A DNA stretch of 63,999 nucleotides, counting the filler, from Diploschistes diacapsis (lineage: Eukaryota): NCBI GenBank assembly GCA_023645945.1. It is 12 parts of 12 records of this genome, joined end to end, with 100 filler letters (N's around TTAATTAATTAA, not from the genome) between each part and the next. Parts side by side here need not be neighbours in the genome. Positions count along the whole stretch, not along the records: positions 47,180 to 50,581 come from JALAIB010001929.1; positions 50,682 to 54,080 come from JALAIB010001930.1; positions 54,181 to 57,570 come from JALAIB010001931.1; positions 57,671 to 61,059 come from JALAIB010001932.1; positions 61,160 to 63,999 come from JALAIB010002071.1; 7 more parts are not named here. One strand, given 5' to 3'. Made by a program: the position numbers and the translations under genes. The notes beneath the pieces were generated by a model. That model had not been told where the DNA came from. It made no database searches and saw only the letters and a program-made list of their open reading frames with translations. Shown here one piece after another: positions 48,976 through 61,871 of the stretch. Within the stretch, counting starts at the first letter, position 1. Each line of letters begins with the position of its first letter.

Positions 48976-49308
48976 TGCAGCAGTTCTGAGTAAAAGACAC
49001 AGAGTCTATTGCAATAGCAAAGCAAGGCCGGTGAGATATATTTCTCTAGTATGACCGGAACGGCGAAGGCGGAGTTGCAGCCGATCATAAAACCCAAGGC
49101 AAATGATAGAGTTGACTATACGGCATGGTCATACCGCCTATTAATGCGCCGGTAATCGATTCGCAGAGTATTTTTTTTACCTGCGGCACGTATGCAGTGA
49201 CGATGATTGTCACCCTCAGGGATATATATCATCAGAGGATTTATATAGTGTCAAGGGAGCAGCACATGAAAGTTTCTACATGCTCGGCATCACTCACTTC
49301 TATCAATT

Positions 49309-50093
49309 ATGTCTCCCCAATTCATCCTGAAGGAGGCCAAGACTCGTGCGGAGTTGGACGGATGTGTGGAAATCATGTGGGCTGCGCACCATAATCCAAA
49401 TCGAATAATGTTCCAGTCCTTCTTTCCAATATTGGGACCTACCAAAGAAGATGAGCAAAAGGCTATTGATGAGGCAAAGGAGCGTCTTTGGAAATTGCAT
49501 TGTGTCTCTACACAAGGCCACTGGTTCTATGCCGAGGATAGATTCACGGGAGAAATTCTAGGTTCAACGCATTGGCAAGTGCAGTTGCCACTGCGGTCAC
49601 ACTCGGGGCCTTTGCAGCTGGAGGCAGAGTGGTGGCCGCCAGGAGAGAAGAGAGAATTTGCGAGTCGAGTCATTAAACAGACTCTAGCTCCTCGTCTTCA
49701 GCTGATGAAAGGTCCATACCTGGGTATGTGAGCTCCGCCAAAAATAGTCCATACTACTAACAGAGAACAGTTGCTGGCTTTATGTCAGTCCTTCCTAAAC
49801 ACAGGGGTAAAGGCATAGGAAAAACGCTCATGTCCTGGGGCATGCAGAAAGCAGAGGAACTTGATTATCAATGCTGGATGGAAGCTACAGAGACAGGAAG
49901 GGCTTTGTATGAGAAATTCGGCTATCGAGTGCTTTTCAAACTGTCATTTGATGGATACAAAGAAAACCCAAGCGCGGAATGGAAGGAACTACAAAGGGAG
50001 ATGACACCCGAGCCGTTTTACGCGATGTGGAAACCAGCAAAAGGCCAGAAATTTGAGGATGATACTGTCTTGCCATGGAAGGCGATGCCATGA
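49309..50093 (+). CDS. GNAT N-acetyltransferase (2 exons)
   Basis: VLPKHRGKGIGKTLM (acetyl-CoA motif A) and EATETGRALYEKFGY (motif B); intron ~49724-49770. Confidence 0.9.
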
Positions 50094-50403
50094 AATGGCT
50101 GTGTGGTGACATAGCGGTTGAACAGAATGAACTGCTTGCAAGTAAAGATAAAGATCTTTTTGCTGCGTTTGAAAAGACATTAACAGGTTCAGTCTATGGT
50201 CCATGGCTCAGCATCCCATGATGGACGAATTGCTCGAAAGCTTTCATTTGAAGTATTTTTTTATATGTTATGGATGGAGGTTGATTTGTCAGCTGAAGCT
50301 GGATGACCTTTGTGTTTTATACACCAATCTTTCGTTATAAAACTCCCACTTCGGAAAAATACAGCTATATATACATAAACATTAATCCCGTAACGTATAT
50401 GCA

Positions 50404-50581
50404 TTAGGCTGGCCGTCACTGACACTGACACGGCCGTGTCAATAACACGGACACTAACAATGTCAGTATCAATATTTTAGATTTTTTAGCTACAGTGTTC
50501 GTGTCCGTGGATTCACGGAAATGGAGTATCCATATTAATATTAATATTTTAAATTTTTTAATTATAATATCCGTGTCCGTG
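50404..50581. mobile_element. Terminus of a DNA transposon with subterminal ACACGG/CCGTGT repeats (hAT-like); related end at ~61380-61480
   Basis: Repeated ACACTG/ACACGG/CCGTGT motifs after TAGGCTGGCC; similar motifs and GTCAGCC at 61380-61480. Superfamily is inferred. Confidence 0.4.
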
Positions 50582-50681
50582 NNNNNNNNNNNNNNNNNNN
50601 NNNNNNNNNNNNNNNNNNNNNNNNNTTAATTAATTAANNNNNNNNNNNNNNNNNNNNNNNNNNNNNNNNNNNNNNNNNNNN

Positions 50682-52808
50682 ATTTTAGATTAAACAAACT
50701 ACCTATCTTTCGGAGATAGGGGGTATCGTAATTAATAGTTGAATATGGTGTTCAATTATATAGGTAAGTCGCGGTAATTAACGTCTTCCTTTAAAAATAT
50801 TTATTAATTTATCGGACCGAACTAATCAAATCGAAGCTAGATCTTAGGGCAAAACTTTATTTATTATTAAAATATAGATCTAATTAATATAAATTTCTGA
50901 ATCAAAATAATAATAAAATACTATTCGCCAGAAATGTGACTATTCTCGAAAACGTTAAACCTATTTAAGCTAACATATCAGACCTTAAATTACCTACTTT
51001 AAAAGATTTAAAAAAAATGACGCATTCTAATCGATTTACTCTCGATAACCTACCGAAGGATATTAATAGCAACGATGTCAATATTAACACAAAGATAGGC
51101 GATATAAACGATCTAAGCGATTCAGGCGATCTAAGTAACCTAAACGACGACGTTAGTTCAAATATAGATATCGACGATGAATTAATCAATCTAATAGACC
51201 AGCTAGTTAGGAACTTAGCTTTTATTATTATACCCGATCCGGTTAGTTACGAAGACGCGATGTCACGTGACGACTAAAAGAAATAATAGGAGGCCATGAA
51301 GGTCGAAATAGCCAAACTAATCAAGCAAAACACATAAAAACTGAATACACCGCCTAAGAACAGAAAGATTGTCTCCGGCAAGTAAGTTTATAAAACCAAG
51401 CTAGGCCTAAATAGGACACCGGAGAAATACAAGGCCCGGTAAATAGCACGTGGCTTTTCTTAATTACTAAATATCGACTATTCCGACACTTTCGCCAGTA
51501 TAACAAAAGTAATCATATTTAAACTATTTATTAACTTAGTCACTAATCTCGATTTAGATATCTAGCAATAAGACGTCATATCGGCATTTCTTAATGCCGA
51601 CCTCGATAAAGTAATCTATATGATTTAACCAATAGGATTCGAGGATGAAACGGGTAAAACTTGTTTATTAAATAAAGCCCTTTATGACCTAAAATAATCT
51701 ACCCGCCAATAGTAGAAGAAGCTAGTTACCGAGCTAGTTAAATGCGGACTAACGTCGATCAACCCCGACCAGACAATATTGGTTAAAAAAGACCTATTAA
51801 TCATTATTATCACCCACGTGGATGATATGCTCGTCTTTTCAGCCAATGAAAAAGCAATTAATTATATATTCTAAAAATTAACGATTACATTCGAGATAAC
51901 TAATATGGAACAAGCTAGTCGATATATCGGAATCGAGATTATCCGGGATCGACAAGCAAAAAAGACGACTATTACCCAGCGTGGATATGCTAAACAATGT
52001 CTCGAAAAATACTAAAAAGGGGCCAAAACAGTACCTAATCCCTGCCGTTAAAAAGTGAGGTTGGAGCCTAATCCCGAACAGGCTAGCGCGGATGACATTA
52101 AAGCATACCAGCAGCAAATAGGGTCGCTTATTTACTTAGCGATAATGACTAAGCCTGATTTAGCCTACCCAGTAGGACTATGCGCCAGATTTATGTAGAA
52201 TCTAGGCCTAGACCATTTTTCGGCGCTAAACCGCATCTAACAATACCTACGGTATAGCTGGAATTTCGGCCTATCATATAATTAGACCTCTTATGGCCTA
52301 AAAGGCTACTGCGATTCTGATTGGAGGGAAGATTATGAAAACCGAAAATCGATTATCGATTATTTATTTCTAATCGGGACTAGCGCCATATCCTGGGTTT
52401 CGACATTCCAAAAAATAGTAGCGCTTAGCAGCTATGAAGCAGAGTATATGGCGTTAAAAGAAGCGACAAAAGAGTAGATATATTTGATTAATACGTTTAG
52501 TTAAATTCCTTATTTAGATAAGGAATTAATTAAACATATTTATATAGATAGTTAATCGGCCATTGAACTAGCGAAAAACCCCGTCCATCATAAAAGAACG
52601 AAATATATTGATATTCAATATCATTTTGTTAGGACAGCAAACGAAAACAAGGATATTTATTTGAAATATATATCCATTAATCAGCAGCTAGCGGATAGTC
52701 TTACTAAAACAATGCTTAATAATAAATGACAGGAATTCATTTCCGCAATAAGACTAATTCAGGTCCCATCTCGCTCATCATACTAACCCATTTTAGCTTA
52801 TAAGGGTG
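50682..52808 (+). mobile_element. RIP-degraded Ty1/copia pol (end of integrase, RT, RNase H)
   Basis: RNVTILE, PVSYEDAM, KYKAR*IARGF, DVISAFLNADL, LLNKALYDLK, HVDDMLV, GYCDSDWREDY, VALSSYEAEYMA, HKRTKYIDIQYHF, QLADSLTK; purine tract before the LTR. Confidence 0.93.
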
Positions 52809-53362
52809 TGTCAGATTATTAACTTAAATGGGTTAATCTATCTGACTAATTAACACTAGTAGGACCCTGAAGGTTCTTTAACCCTTCAGGACACGCCATT
52901 AATAACTGTTGAACATCCTACTAACTATAGTCAAACATCCTAATAGTAGTTATAGACTACTAGGTGGGATTACAGATGGTCTAGATCATTAGATCATTAA
53001 TCCAAGTATTGGATTAATAATTTAATAATACTAGAACCATGGATACGAGATAGGGGGAAATTAAATCCATTATTATGTTGGATTATGGGGCGCATGATGT
53101 TGGATTATAAATCCAATATTATCGGAGATTAAATATATATTAATCATTAAACGTTAATTAGGTGAAATATGTCTATAAAAGACCTCTTACCTCCCATTTT
53201 TATTAATGTTATCTTTATCTTCATTCATTACCTCCTATAATAGTAATATATTATTATTATACTCAGCATTATTTCTTTAATTATTACTTACCTATTTAGT
53301 TATCTTATTTCTACTTTTTAATAGATTATGAACCCTGAACGACTATTCCTATTTAAACAACA
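52809..53362 (+). repeat. Copia LTR (3' boundary approximate)
   Basis: Begins TGTCAG directly after the PPT; TATA-like TATAAAAG near 53174; ends near CAACA. Confidence 0.6.
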
Positions 53363-53399
53363 TTAATACGAAATATCTATTTTTGGATTATAGCACCTT

Positions 53400-54080
53400 A
53401 GGGTTACTTAATCCATTCTTTTATAAGCTATTTCCTATTAAGACGACGTTAGTCCTTATTCGATAAAATAAGCGATTTAATTATGAAGATCTTTAAGTTA
53501 CGCGGTAACGATAATTGAGATATTTAGTTAATACGGATAAAGGCCGTATTAATTGAAAAAAGGTATTATAACGTTATGATCGATAGTTCAATATCGTTTA
53601 AACCCGCCGATATATTCAAGCGGGAAACAATAAATCGAAAACCGTTAGCCTATATTAGGCTAAATTTCGAAAATAGATCCTTATTATAGATCCGAAATGC
53701 CACCGAATCAAAAAAGATATAAAACACCCTAAAAGAACTTTATTAATTAAAGGGGTTTAGTTCGGAAATATTATTATATAAACAATTATTCGAAACGACG
53801 CTTGCCAAAAAGGGAAAGATAGAAACTTATATTAATTAAATTAAATAACTAATAAATGATTTATCGGTACGGAATATTATTATTTTAAACAAAATTATAG
53901 CTGTCTAAATCCTAAATAATCTTATTAAAGATTACGAAGGATTAATAGCGATGATTATTTAATAGATTCGGAATAATAATTCTCTTGATATTAAATTAAA
54001 TATTTTTTTTTTAATTAATCGACGAATCGGTGCGACTGAAGACAAAAAAAGGCGACATCGATACTAAAATGGCGTTAATT
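53400..54080 (+). mobile_element. RIP-degraded Ty1/copia gag start following the LTR
   Basis: KLRGNDN*DI*LIRIKAVLIEKG, LAYIRLN, NLIKDYEGL: copia gag (UBN2-like) pattern. Confidence 0.75.
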
Positions 54081-54180
54081 NNNNNNNNNNNNNNNNNNNN
54101 NNNNNNNNNNNNNNNNNNNNNNNNTTAATTAATTAANNNNNNNNNNNNNNNNNNNNNNNNNNNNNNNNNNNNNNNNNNNN

Positions 54181-56617
54181 CAAACCACCCATAAACCTCG
54201 CGTCCGGGCCCACTCCTGCCAAACCCCCCCATCCCATACCCCGCATCCGCGTACCTCTCCCACCCGTTCAGCGCATACGCCTCCACCACAACGGCCGGCA
54301 TCTCCCTCCGCCGTAGCACCGCGCGCCTGTAGCCGGGGCTCTGCATCTCGAAGGCGCGCCAGCACGGGAAGCTGACGACGCGCGCGGGCACGCCGAGCTC
54401 GTCGCTCAGGATCCGCGCGGCGTCGACGGCGAAGCAGAGCTCGGCGCCGACGCCGACGAGGGTCACGCGCGCGTGCGCGCGGTCTTGCAGGACGTAGGCG
54501 CCGCGCTGCACGCCCGCGCGCGAGGAGAGGTTGAGATGGTGGTACTGGGGGAGGGCGTGCCGGGAGAGGGAGATTAGGGACGTCATGGCGGTGGGCTGCG
54601 GTCCGGGGTTGGTGGGCCGGGAGTTGGCGTCGGAACGGGTGGGATCTACATGCATGTTCTCTAGCGCCAGCTCAAAGGCGCCGGCGACTTCCTCGGTGTC
54701 GCAGGGCCGGATGTAGAGGGTGTTGGGGAGGGCGCGGTAGAAGGAGGCGAGGGCGATGGGCTGGTGCGTGGGCCCGTCTTCGCCGGTGCCGATGCTGTCG
54801 TGCGTGCAGATGTGGAGAGTGGGCAGGCGCTGGAGGGCGGACATGCGGATGCCGGGGGCGTTGTACTATAGAGAAAATGAGTGGTGGGGATGGAAGATTG
54901 TGAGATGGTGAGATTGCAAGGATTAGGTGATTGATGGTGCAGAAAGTGGGAGGTGATAAGGGAGGTTTGGAGCTAGAAGCAAGGATGGGAATTTACGATG
55001 TAGAACATGAAGAAACTGGATGTTATGGGGATGATGGTGCCGAAGTTGAAGGCTGCTAGCCCGTTGGAAACGGAGGCCATAGCATGTTCGCGTACGCCCC
55101 AGTGGATGTAGCGGCCGGTGTAGTCGCCGTTGATACCGCAGGCTGTTCGGAGGTCGGGCTGCGTTGGTGTCAGTTATGATCATCCAAGGTGAATCACTAG
55201 TGAGCGAATGCATGTTCGAGCCTATTGAGGAGAGCCCTTGGTTGTAGAGTGCGAATTTGGAGACTCACATGCTGAAAATCACGCTTATCCTTCCAGGCCA
55301 TGTTCACAGAAGGCGAAAGATCCGCCGTTCCAACCATGAAAGTGTTGATATTCTGCGCCAGCGGATTGCAAACGACACCACCCGACTTTCGCGATGGCAG
55401 CGGATCTTTGCTCAGAGACTCCTTTGCCGGGATAACCTTCCGCCAATCCGTCACCATCTGGCCATTCCTGCGCGTTTCAAACTCCTTCGCTAGCTCGGGA
55501 TGCTCCTGCGAATACCGATCCAGCAGGTCCTGGTACTCTTGTTCCCACTGCTGTCCTCTTGCCGGCAACGGCTCGAAGAATTTCCTCATCCGGTCTGGGA
55601 CAACGTAATGCTCATCGGGGCTCATGCCGAAGAACCTCTTGATATCTGCAACATCCTCCGCTCCAAATGCTGCACCATGGGCCCGTGCGTCGCCCTGAAC
55701 CTTGCTTCCGATGCCGATGACCGTCCGGCAATTGATGAATGTCGGCTTATCGCTCCTTTTCGCCAGCTCTAGCGCATGGACTATACCCTCGACGTCATAG
55801 TTGGCATCGTGCACGTCGAGCACCTTCCACCCGACAGCGCGCATCTTGGCATTGACGTCTTCGGTGTTGCACAAATCGACCGAGCCGTCGCAGGTGATCT
55901 GGTTATTATCGTAGATGACCACGAGTCTGCCGAGCCTGAAATGGCCGGCCAGCTGCATGGCTTCCATTCCTACGCCTTCCTGCAGGCATGCATCTCCGAT
56001 GGTGCAGTAAGTCATGTTGTTCACGACCTCGAACCCGGGCCGGTTGTACGTGGCCCCTAGATGCGCCGAAGCCATCGCCAACCCCACGGCATTGGCGACG
56101 CCCTGTCCTAGAGGGCCCGTTGTCACCTCGATGCCGTCGATTTCTATTTCTGGGTGTCCGGGGCAGATTGAATCAGGACGACTCGAGTGGTAGGACCTTA
56201 GCTGCTCGAAGGTCATGGACTTGTAGCCCGTCAGGTGCAGGAACATGTATTGGAAGACGCAGCAGTGGCCATTCGAGAGGACAAAGCGGTCGCGATTGAA
56301 CCAGTGCGGGTTCAGGGGGGAATATCTCATGGCATATTTCCATAGGGCGACTCCGATCGCGGCCATGCCCATGGCGCCTCTGTTGAACGTTGTTGGCTGG
56401 AAGCTGTCGGGATGGCTGATGAATGAGCTTACCCTGGATGCCCGCCATTGAATTGCTGTACCAGGTCTGCGACCAAGCATCGAAACGAAGCAAGGATCAA
56501 AGTGTGGTCGTCCACTTCTGGTGGACCACCCTGCTTTACATGTTGGTTGTGCGTGACAGTGATGTGACCGTTGGTATTACTATGCGAATGATCCTGGTTC
56601 ACGGCTTCTGTAGACAT
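54181..56617 (-). CDS. Transketolase, dihydroxyacetone synthase (DAS)-like; 3' end cut by gap
   Basis: FRCLVADLVQQFNGGHPG|GAMGMAAIGVALWKY, NRDRFVLSNGH, TGPLGQG, TPP motif GDACLQEG...DNN, GVREHAM, THDSIGTGEDGPTHQP; three GT-AG introns. Confidence 0.9.
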
Positions 56618-57670
56618 ATTGAGCTATATGGGAATCAGGAAAGATGCATGCATCAGGAATAGAAGTAGTTGTCAAGTTGTGGCTTCTCGAGATTTGAAGC
56701 ATATTGAAATCTGCGAGTTGCATCACTGGACCCTGCCCCAACGATTTATCCAGCGAGAAGCTGATAGGATTTGAACAAGTTCCATTCCCATCCTTTCTCC
56801 GCATCTATATCAGTATTCTGTACAGATAGATCCCCATGTCCGGTGTTGATCAGTGGGGTATGCGGGACATTGATGGAAGAAGACTGCTGCCAAGAATGTC
56901 CGTTTCCCTCGCTTAGGGCTTCTCCTCCCTCTATTATGCTTGTCGTCTGTTATTGCCAATTGCGGTTAAACAAAGCTGAATGACGAACCATCGCAACACA
57001 TGAACGCATGTTCCCACGTGCCGCCAGCGAAAGTCACTTAGAGCTGTAGGTAAAGGCTTGAAATGATCAGTGAAGTCTCAAGCCTGTTGTATCAGACGCG
57101 ACTTTTGTCTTTAAGTATGGTAGTTCCTCTCGTAAATCATTCGCAGCTTCTCTCCAACTCCAACATATCGCCAGCTATGTTCGCTCCTTGAGTAGCCCCT
57201 TATACTAGTCGGAGCATCCAGCTCAAGCCTAGCCAAGATTAATTCAACGTTGAAAGCACCCAGTCCGTCTAAACAGGCTTCACCCCCCACCCCAGTCCAT
57301 CTACAACTCATCCTTCTCCCGCACCGCCTCATAGAGCAATCTTCCATCACTATTCCCCTCTTCCTCGCCTCCAGAGATTTATTCATATCTGCCCCTGTAA
57401 TCCCCTTCCGCCTCCGCTACCATCCATTCAACCCTCTTCCACCGTCTTCTCTGCTGCACAACAACACCGTCTCATTCCTCGCACCCAAACCCCCACCCTC
57501 CACCGCCGCCATAGCCTTCACATTCTTCCCAGCATCGACATCCACCTCAACCTCCACCCTCACCTCTCCCNNNNNNNNNNNNNNNNNNNNNNNNNNNNNN
57601 NNNNNNNNNNNNNNTTAATTAATTAANNNNNNNNNNNNNNNNNNNNNNNNNNNNNNNNNNNNNNNNNNNN

Positions 57671-58830
57671 CTTATAACCTTGTTTAGTCTTTTTATATAA
57701 CACTTATTGGCGGCGCCGAGTAGGCAGGTATTAAGGTTCTAAGTTAAGAACTTATTCGACTCCGTTGTTAACTTCGCTCGAACCTTCTTTCCAAACGCGT
57801 ACGGATCGTGATAAATATTGTATTTATTTTTAATTTTTATCGAAAGCGTATTTTAATTCGGGTTAAAATAATCTACCGTTCTAACGTTAAACTGTTGTTT
57901 ATCGGAATTAATCGACAAATCTTTTATTAAAAAGGGTAGAAAGGCTTCTCGCTGACGTCGTATACTTTAATTACGACCATGATTTAAATTCCGTTCTTAT
58001 TTATCTCGTTTCCGGTCTAATTTCTATTTTAATTTAATAAACAAAGATTTTATAACTTAATTTATCTCGTCTATCTAGATAGATATAAAGACCGAACTTC
58101 TTTTTACTTCCGGTATTTTAAAAGTTATTTTAATTGGTATAATTAATCCAATTAGAATTATTTTGGTCGTATTTTCTTTTAAAAGAATCGAAGGTTTTGA
58201 AACTCGAGAAAATTACGAAGGTTTATAATTTACCGGCTCGTTAATGATATTTATAAATTACGACCGACGGTGCTTGTGTTTAAAACCAGGCCTGATTCTC
58301 GGTAAGAATTCGTCCGGAATTTTATTTCGATAGTTCTTTTTAAATGCTCTAAGTTCTATAAATATAAGGACTAAATCTGCTATCTACTTTAAGAGGAATA
58401 ACTGGGGTGGCGAATAAGCCGAAAAAGATTTAATCTTAGTATTAAATTTAGTCTATCGTTGTTATTTTAGAACGTATTTTTTTTTAAATTCTTATTTTAA
58501 CTGTTTAATGTTCGCCGATAGTTCGTAATTTTTTAAAACCCAACGTACTGCTTCGTCGTAGAGTTCTAATTTTAGAATTTTATTTTTATTTTTAAAATAG
58601 AACCGAAATTTTATTATTCTTTCGACGATGATTTCGGGGCTGACTTTTCTATTAGAAGCCGGCATAGGTACTTCCGAGGTTCATAGGATTGAAAGAAAGC
58701 TGTTTTCTAGATAAACCCTATCTTAAGTTTTAAGCTCAATCGTAATATAACCGTTAAAAATCCATAACTAGTTAAGTTCTAGAAGTTTAATCAGGAAGTT
58801 TAACTGCTCGAGCAAAAAAAGTACACAAAA
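57671..58830 (-). mobile_element. RIP-degraded LINE (Tad1-like) ORF1/gag relic
   Basis: AT-rich decayed ORF starting MPASNRKVSPEII, with an R-x-FGK-like segment and traces of Cys/His knuckles near the gap; family call is tentative. Confidence 0.45.
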
Positions 58831-59499
58831 CAACAAAACTAGATAGCTGTATAAAAAGATAGGCGAGATACTTTAACCCATATAATTACTATTTAACAGT
58901 CATTACCCGATCGTACAAAAAGAAAGCAACAAAATTTCAGAAGCAAAGACAAGTAAGGGGCTGGGAGTGGTAGGGAAAGCAAATTCTTTAAAGCCCGAGC
59001 TTTAGAAGAAGCTCTGGTCCAACTGTCGGACTGGGTAGAGGAAATCTCTACTGGCTGATGCTATTCAGCATAAAGACAAGAGGATTAAACCCGTTGTCGT
59101 TGCTACCAAATTGACATGCAAATGCCTTATGAAATCTAATGGGAGAAGTGAGTGTTCATTGTAGCTAAGTCTGTAGCAAAATCTACTTATATACAGCAGA
59201 TGCCAAGCGGTATCGTCATAGATGTCGCCTGTGGCAGCGAGGTCGGTACCACCTGCCACCAGTAATCCCTAAGCGATCCATCAGCAAGCCCAGCGATTAC
59301 CATAATATTTCCTTTCAACAAAAAGCTTATGCCCTCATAAGCATGTACTTAGTATGTATTTATGCCCTAAAAGCTATCCCCAAAGCATCTTCTCTTATGA
59401 CTATTTGCCCTAGAGAAAAACCTTCGACAAAAGCTTGCTAAAAGCCATCTAGTAGTTAAGTAACTTTAACTCTTTTAAGAAACCAAATGCTTTGCAATC

Positions 59500-61059
59500 G
59501 CCTTCGATGTCTTGCGTCCTTATCCTATCCTTAGTCTTATTATACTTCTATTAAATCTTTATTCCTCCGCTCGTAATCGTCGACCAGATCTTTAGTATGC
59601 CGTAATAGTTCCTTCGAAAATATCTACATATCCTCGCTAACGTTATACCCGATCTAACGTATTAAGTATTTTATTTTTTAATTTCTTTCCTTCCTATATC
59701 TTTTCTTAGCTAGCAACTTATTTACTTTATAGTATCCTTCTTCTAAATCGACAATTATAGGTGGTAAAGGTATGGGTCGGCGGTGGTAAAAGTCGCCGGC
59801 GGGGTCTAAAATAGGTTCTAAATGTGCTATACTAATCATATCGTGTATCCTATAATGTTCGAAAAGTTCGAATCTGTAAACTAGCTTACCTACTCGTTCG
59901 ATAATCTTGAAAGGATTAATAAATTATAACGAAAGCTTCTTATTTAAGGCCACGAATATCTTATATTTCTTATATAATCATAACATCGCAAAATTCTTTT
60001 TACGTATGAAGCAAACTTTATATCTCCGATCGTACGTTTCTTTTATAATTATTTTTATTATAATTAATATATCCTTCGTATCCGTGATTTTTAATTTTAA
60101 TCGTATTAATTCGGCGATTATGTTACGTTTACGTCGTATTTCTCGTAATATAGTATCTTAAAATAAGATAATCGTTTTAGTATCGTGAGCTTCGTCTCGG
60201 CGTGTATTCGTAGATCTCGGCGCTTATTTTCTAGATATAGCAATAAAAGGTGCGACGGATGCGTCTATTACGGTTTTTTTTCTTAAAATATCGGTATCTT
60301 TTGTAAATATCTTAACGTTTTTTTTAACGGTCGTTGCTAATGTATGTCTATTTTTAGCTTTTTGAGGTATCCTAATTTCTATATCCGGCACTTTTGTTTG
60401 TATCTGCACCTTTCGCGCATTTTGGTTTCGTGTAATAGCGAATGTTTCGACTTTGGCCGCGGTCGGGTTTATCGTAGAGAAATTAACAGCATTTACTGTA
60501 AATTGTGAGTCTGGCAAATTGTTAGTTGGTTGTTTTAATTCCGAAGGGTTTATTTCTGGTTTTAGGGCCATTAAGTTAAGCGGTTCGCGTAGACGAAAGC
60601 CGTAGAGTATTTTAAAAAAAATAATTTAATAATGTTGAAGTTTATTAAATTGTTAATCGTAAATTATATTCTCGTTAGTTCTGATATTTAATTACGTTTA
60701 TCTTATAATTAATTAATATGATAACGAAATATTATCTCGATTGTTTAATTTATTCGTTCTAAAGATCCATCAGTCTATGGGTAATAGGCAGTCGAGGTAA
60801 AGCCCGTTATCTGTAATTTCTTTAGGATTGTTTTTTAAAAGTTCGACAAAAATTTTGGATCTTTGTTCGAAATCAATACGCGAGATAGGTTTTAATTCAC
60901 GAGTTTTAATTTATAAATTAACGTTATAACTTATCTTTTAATAAATCATACTTTTTTGTTCGTAATCAAGGAAATGGCCTTCGTGAACTTGTCCGTAATT
61001 AATAATATTATATCATAATCATCCTTCGTAGTAAACAACCCTAGTATAAAGTTAATAAT
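59500..61059 (-). mobile_element. RIP-degraded Ty3/gypsy integrase + chromodomain, with probable LTR at ~59.0-59.5 kb
   Basis: ISNKDPKF, TAYYP*TDGSLERIN, PFKIIERVGKLVYRFELFEHYRIHDMISIAHLEP, YLIR*IGY chromodomain. Confidence 0.85.
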
Positions 61060-61871
61060 NNNNNNNNNNNNNNNNNNNNNNNNNNNNNNNNNNNNNNNNN
61101 NNNTTAATTAATTAANNNNNNNNNNNNNNNNNNNNNNNNNNNNNNNNNNNNNNNNNNNNAAGATGCAAAAAAAGATGTCACGTAATAGTCCAGTTCAGTT
61201 CGGCCAATCAAATCCGTTAAAATTCATTTCGGCCAATCCAACCCTTGACTGATACTTTCGGAGTTAATTTCTTATCTACGGTTTTTTCTACGCCCATAAA
61301 CACACTAATCTGCAACTATAGTCCTGCGCTTCGCTTAGGAATTATTCAACGACCTGCATGACTATCCATCGACTTTAACCCTAACACCGCAGTTAAAAAT
61401 TTAAAACACGGATATTAACACCGCCGGTATCCGTGTCTATGGATACTGCAATATTCATGGAAGTAATAGTCAGCCAATTCTAAACCATTCTATCCCTAAC
61501 AGGATAAGTCAATCATAACACTATAAAAACTGAAATTAAATTGCTCATTAATTTTAAAGAAATAATACAGGTTAGTTTAACCGAAATTGGCTTCGTGCTC
61601 ATTAAATTGACAAACTACTAGTCATTTCTACTCGGTACGAGAGACCTTCCTGAACTTCAATAACAGGGAATATTACCAAGTGACAGTGCTTCTTCGCCCT
61701 GAACCGATGCTAAACTTAGCAGCCCCTACCACAGTGGACAGGGATCTTGGACCAAGCACTGAATGGACAAGCTTGTGCCGTATTACTACAATCCCAACCC
61801 TTAATGCTTTTCCAATTGCTTTGCCAACCTTTCACGGCGCATGTTTAGTCCGGAAGTTACTGAATTGCTTA

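Larger units (their letters stand above)
26022..61159. other. Eleven artificial 100-nt contig spacers N44-TTAATTAATTAA-N44
   Basis: Identical spacers at 26022-26121, 29538-29637, 33051-33150, 36561-36660, 40070-40169, 43575-43674, 47080-47179, 50582-50681, 54081-54180, 57571-57670, 61060-61159; TTAATTAATTAA gives stops in all six frames. Confidence 0.98.

Noticed and set aside
51017..51277. Asp/Asn-repeat ORF (DINDLSDSGDLSNLNDD) as RiPP precursor for the DUF3328 gene
   Set aside because: It is the integrase-RT linker of the copia element, on another contig, with no signal peptide or Kex2 sites.
28123..56617. Apparent biosynthetic cluster SDR + GH5 + DUF3328 + GNAT + transketolase
   Set aside because: The genes are on different size-sorted contigs; only DUF3328 and GNAT are physically linked.
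26022..61159. Regularly spaced identical TTAATTAATTAA repeats (CRISPR-like or biological periodicity)
   Set aside because: Embedded in fixed 44-N runs; a standard six-frame-stop linker added during concatenation.
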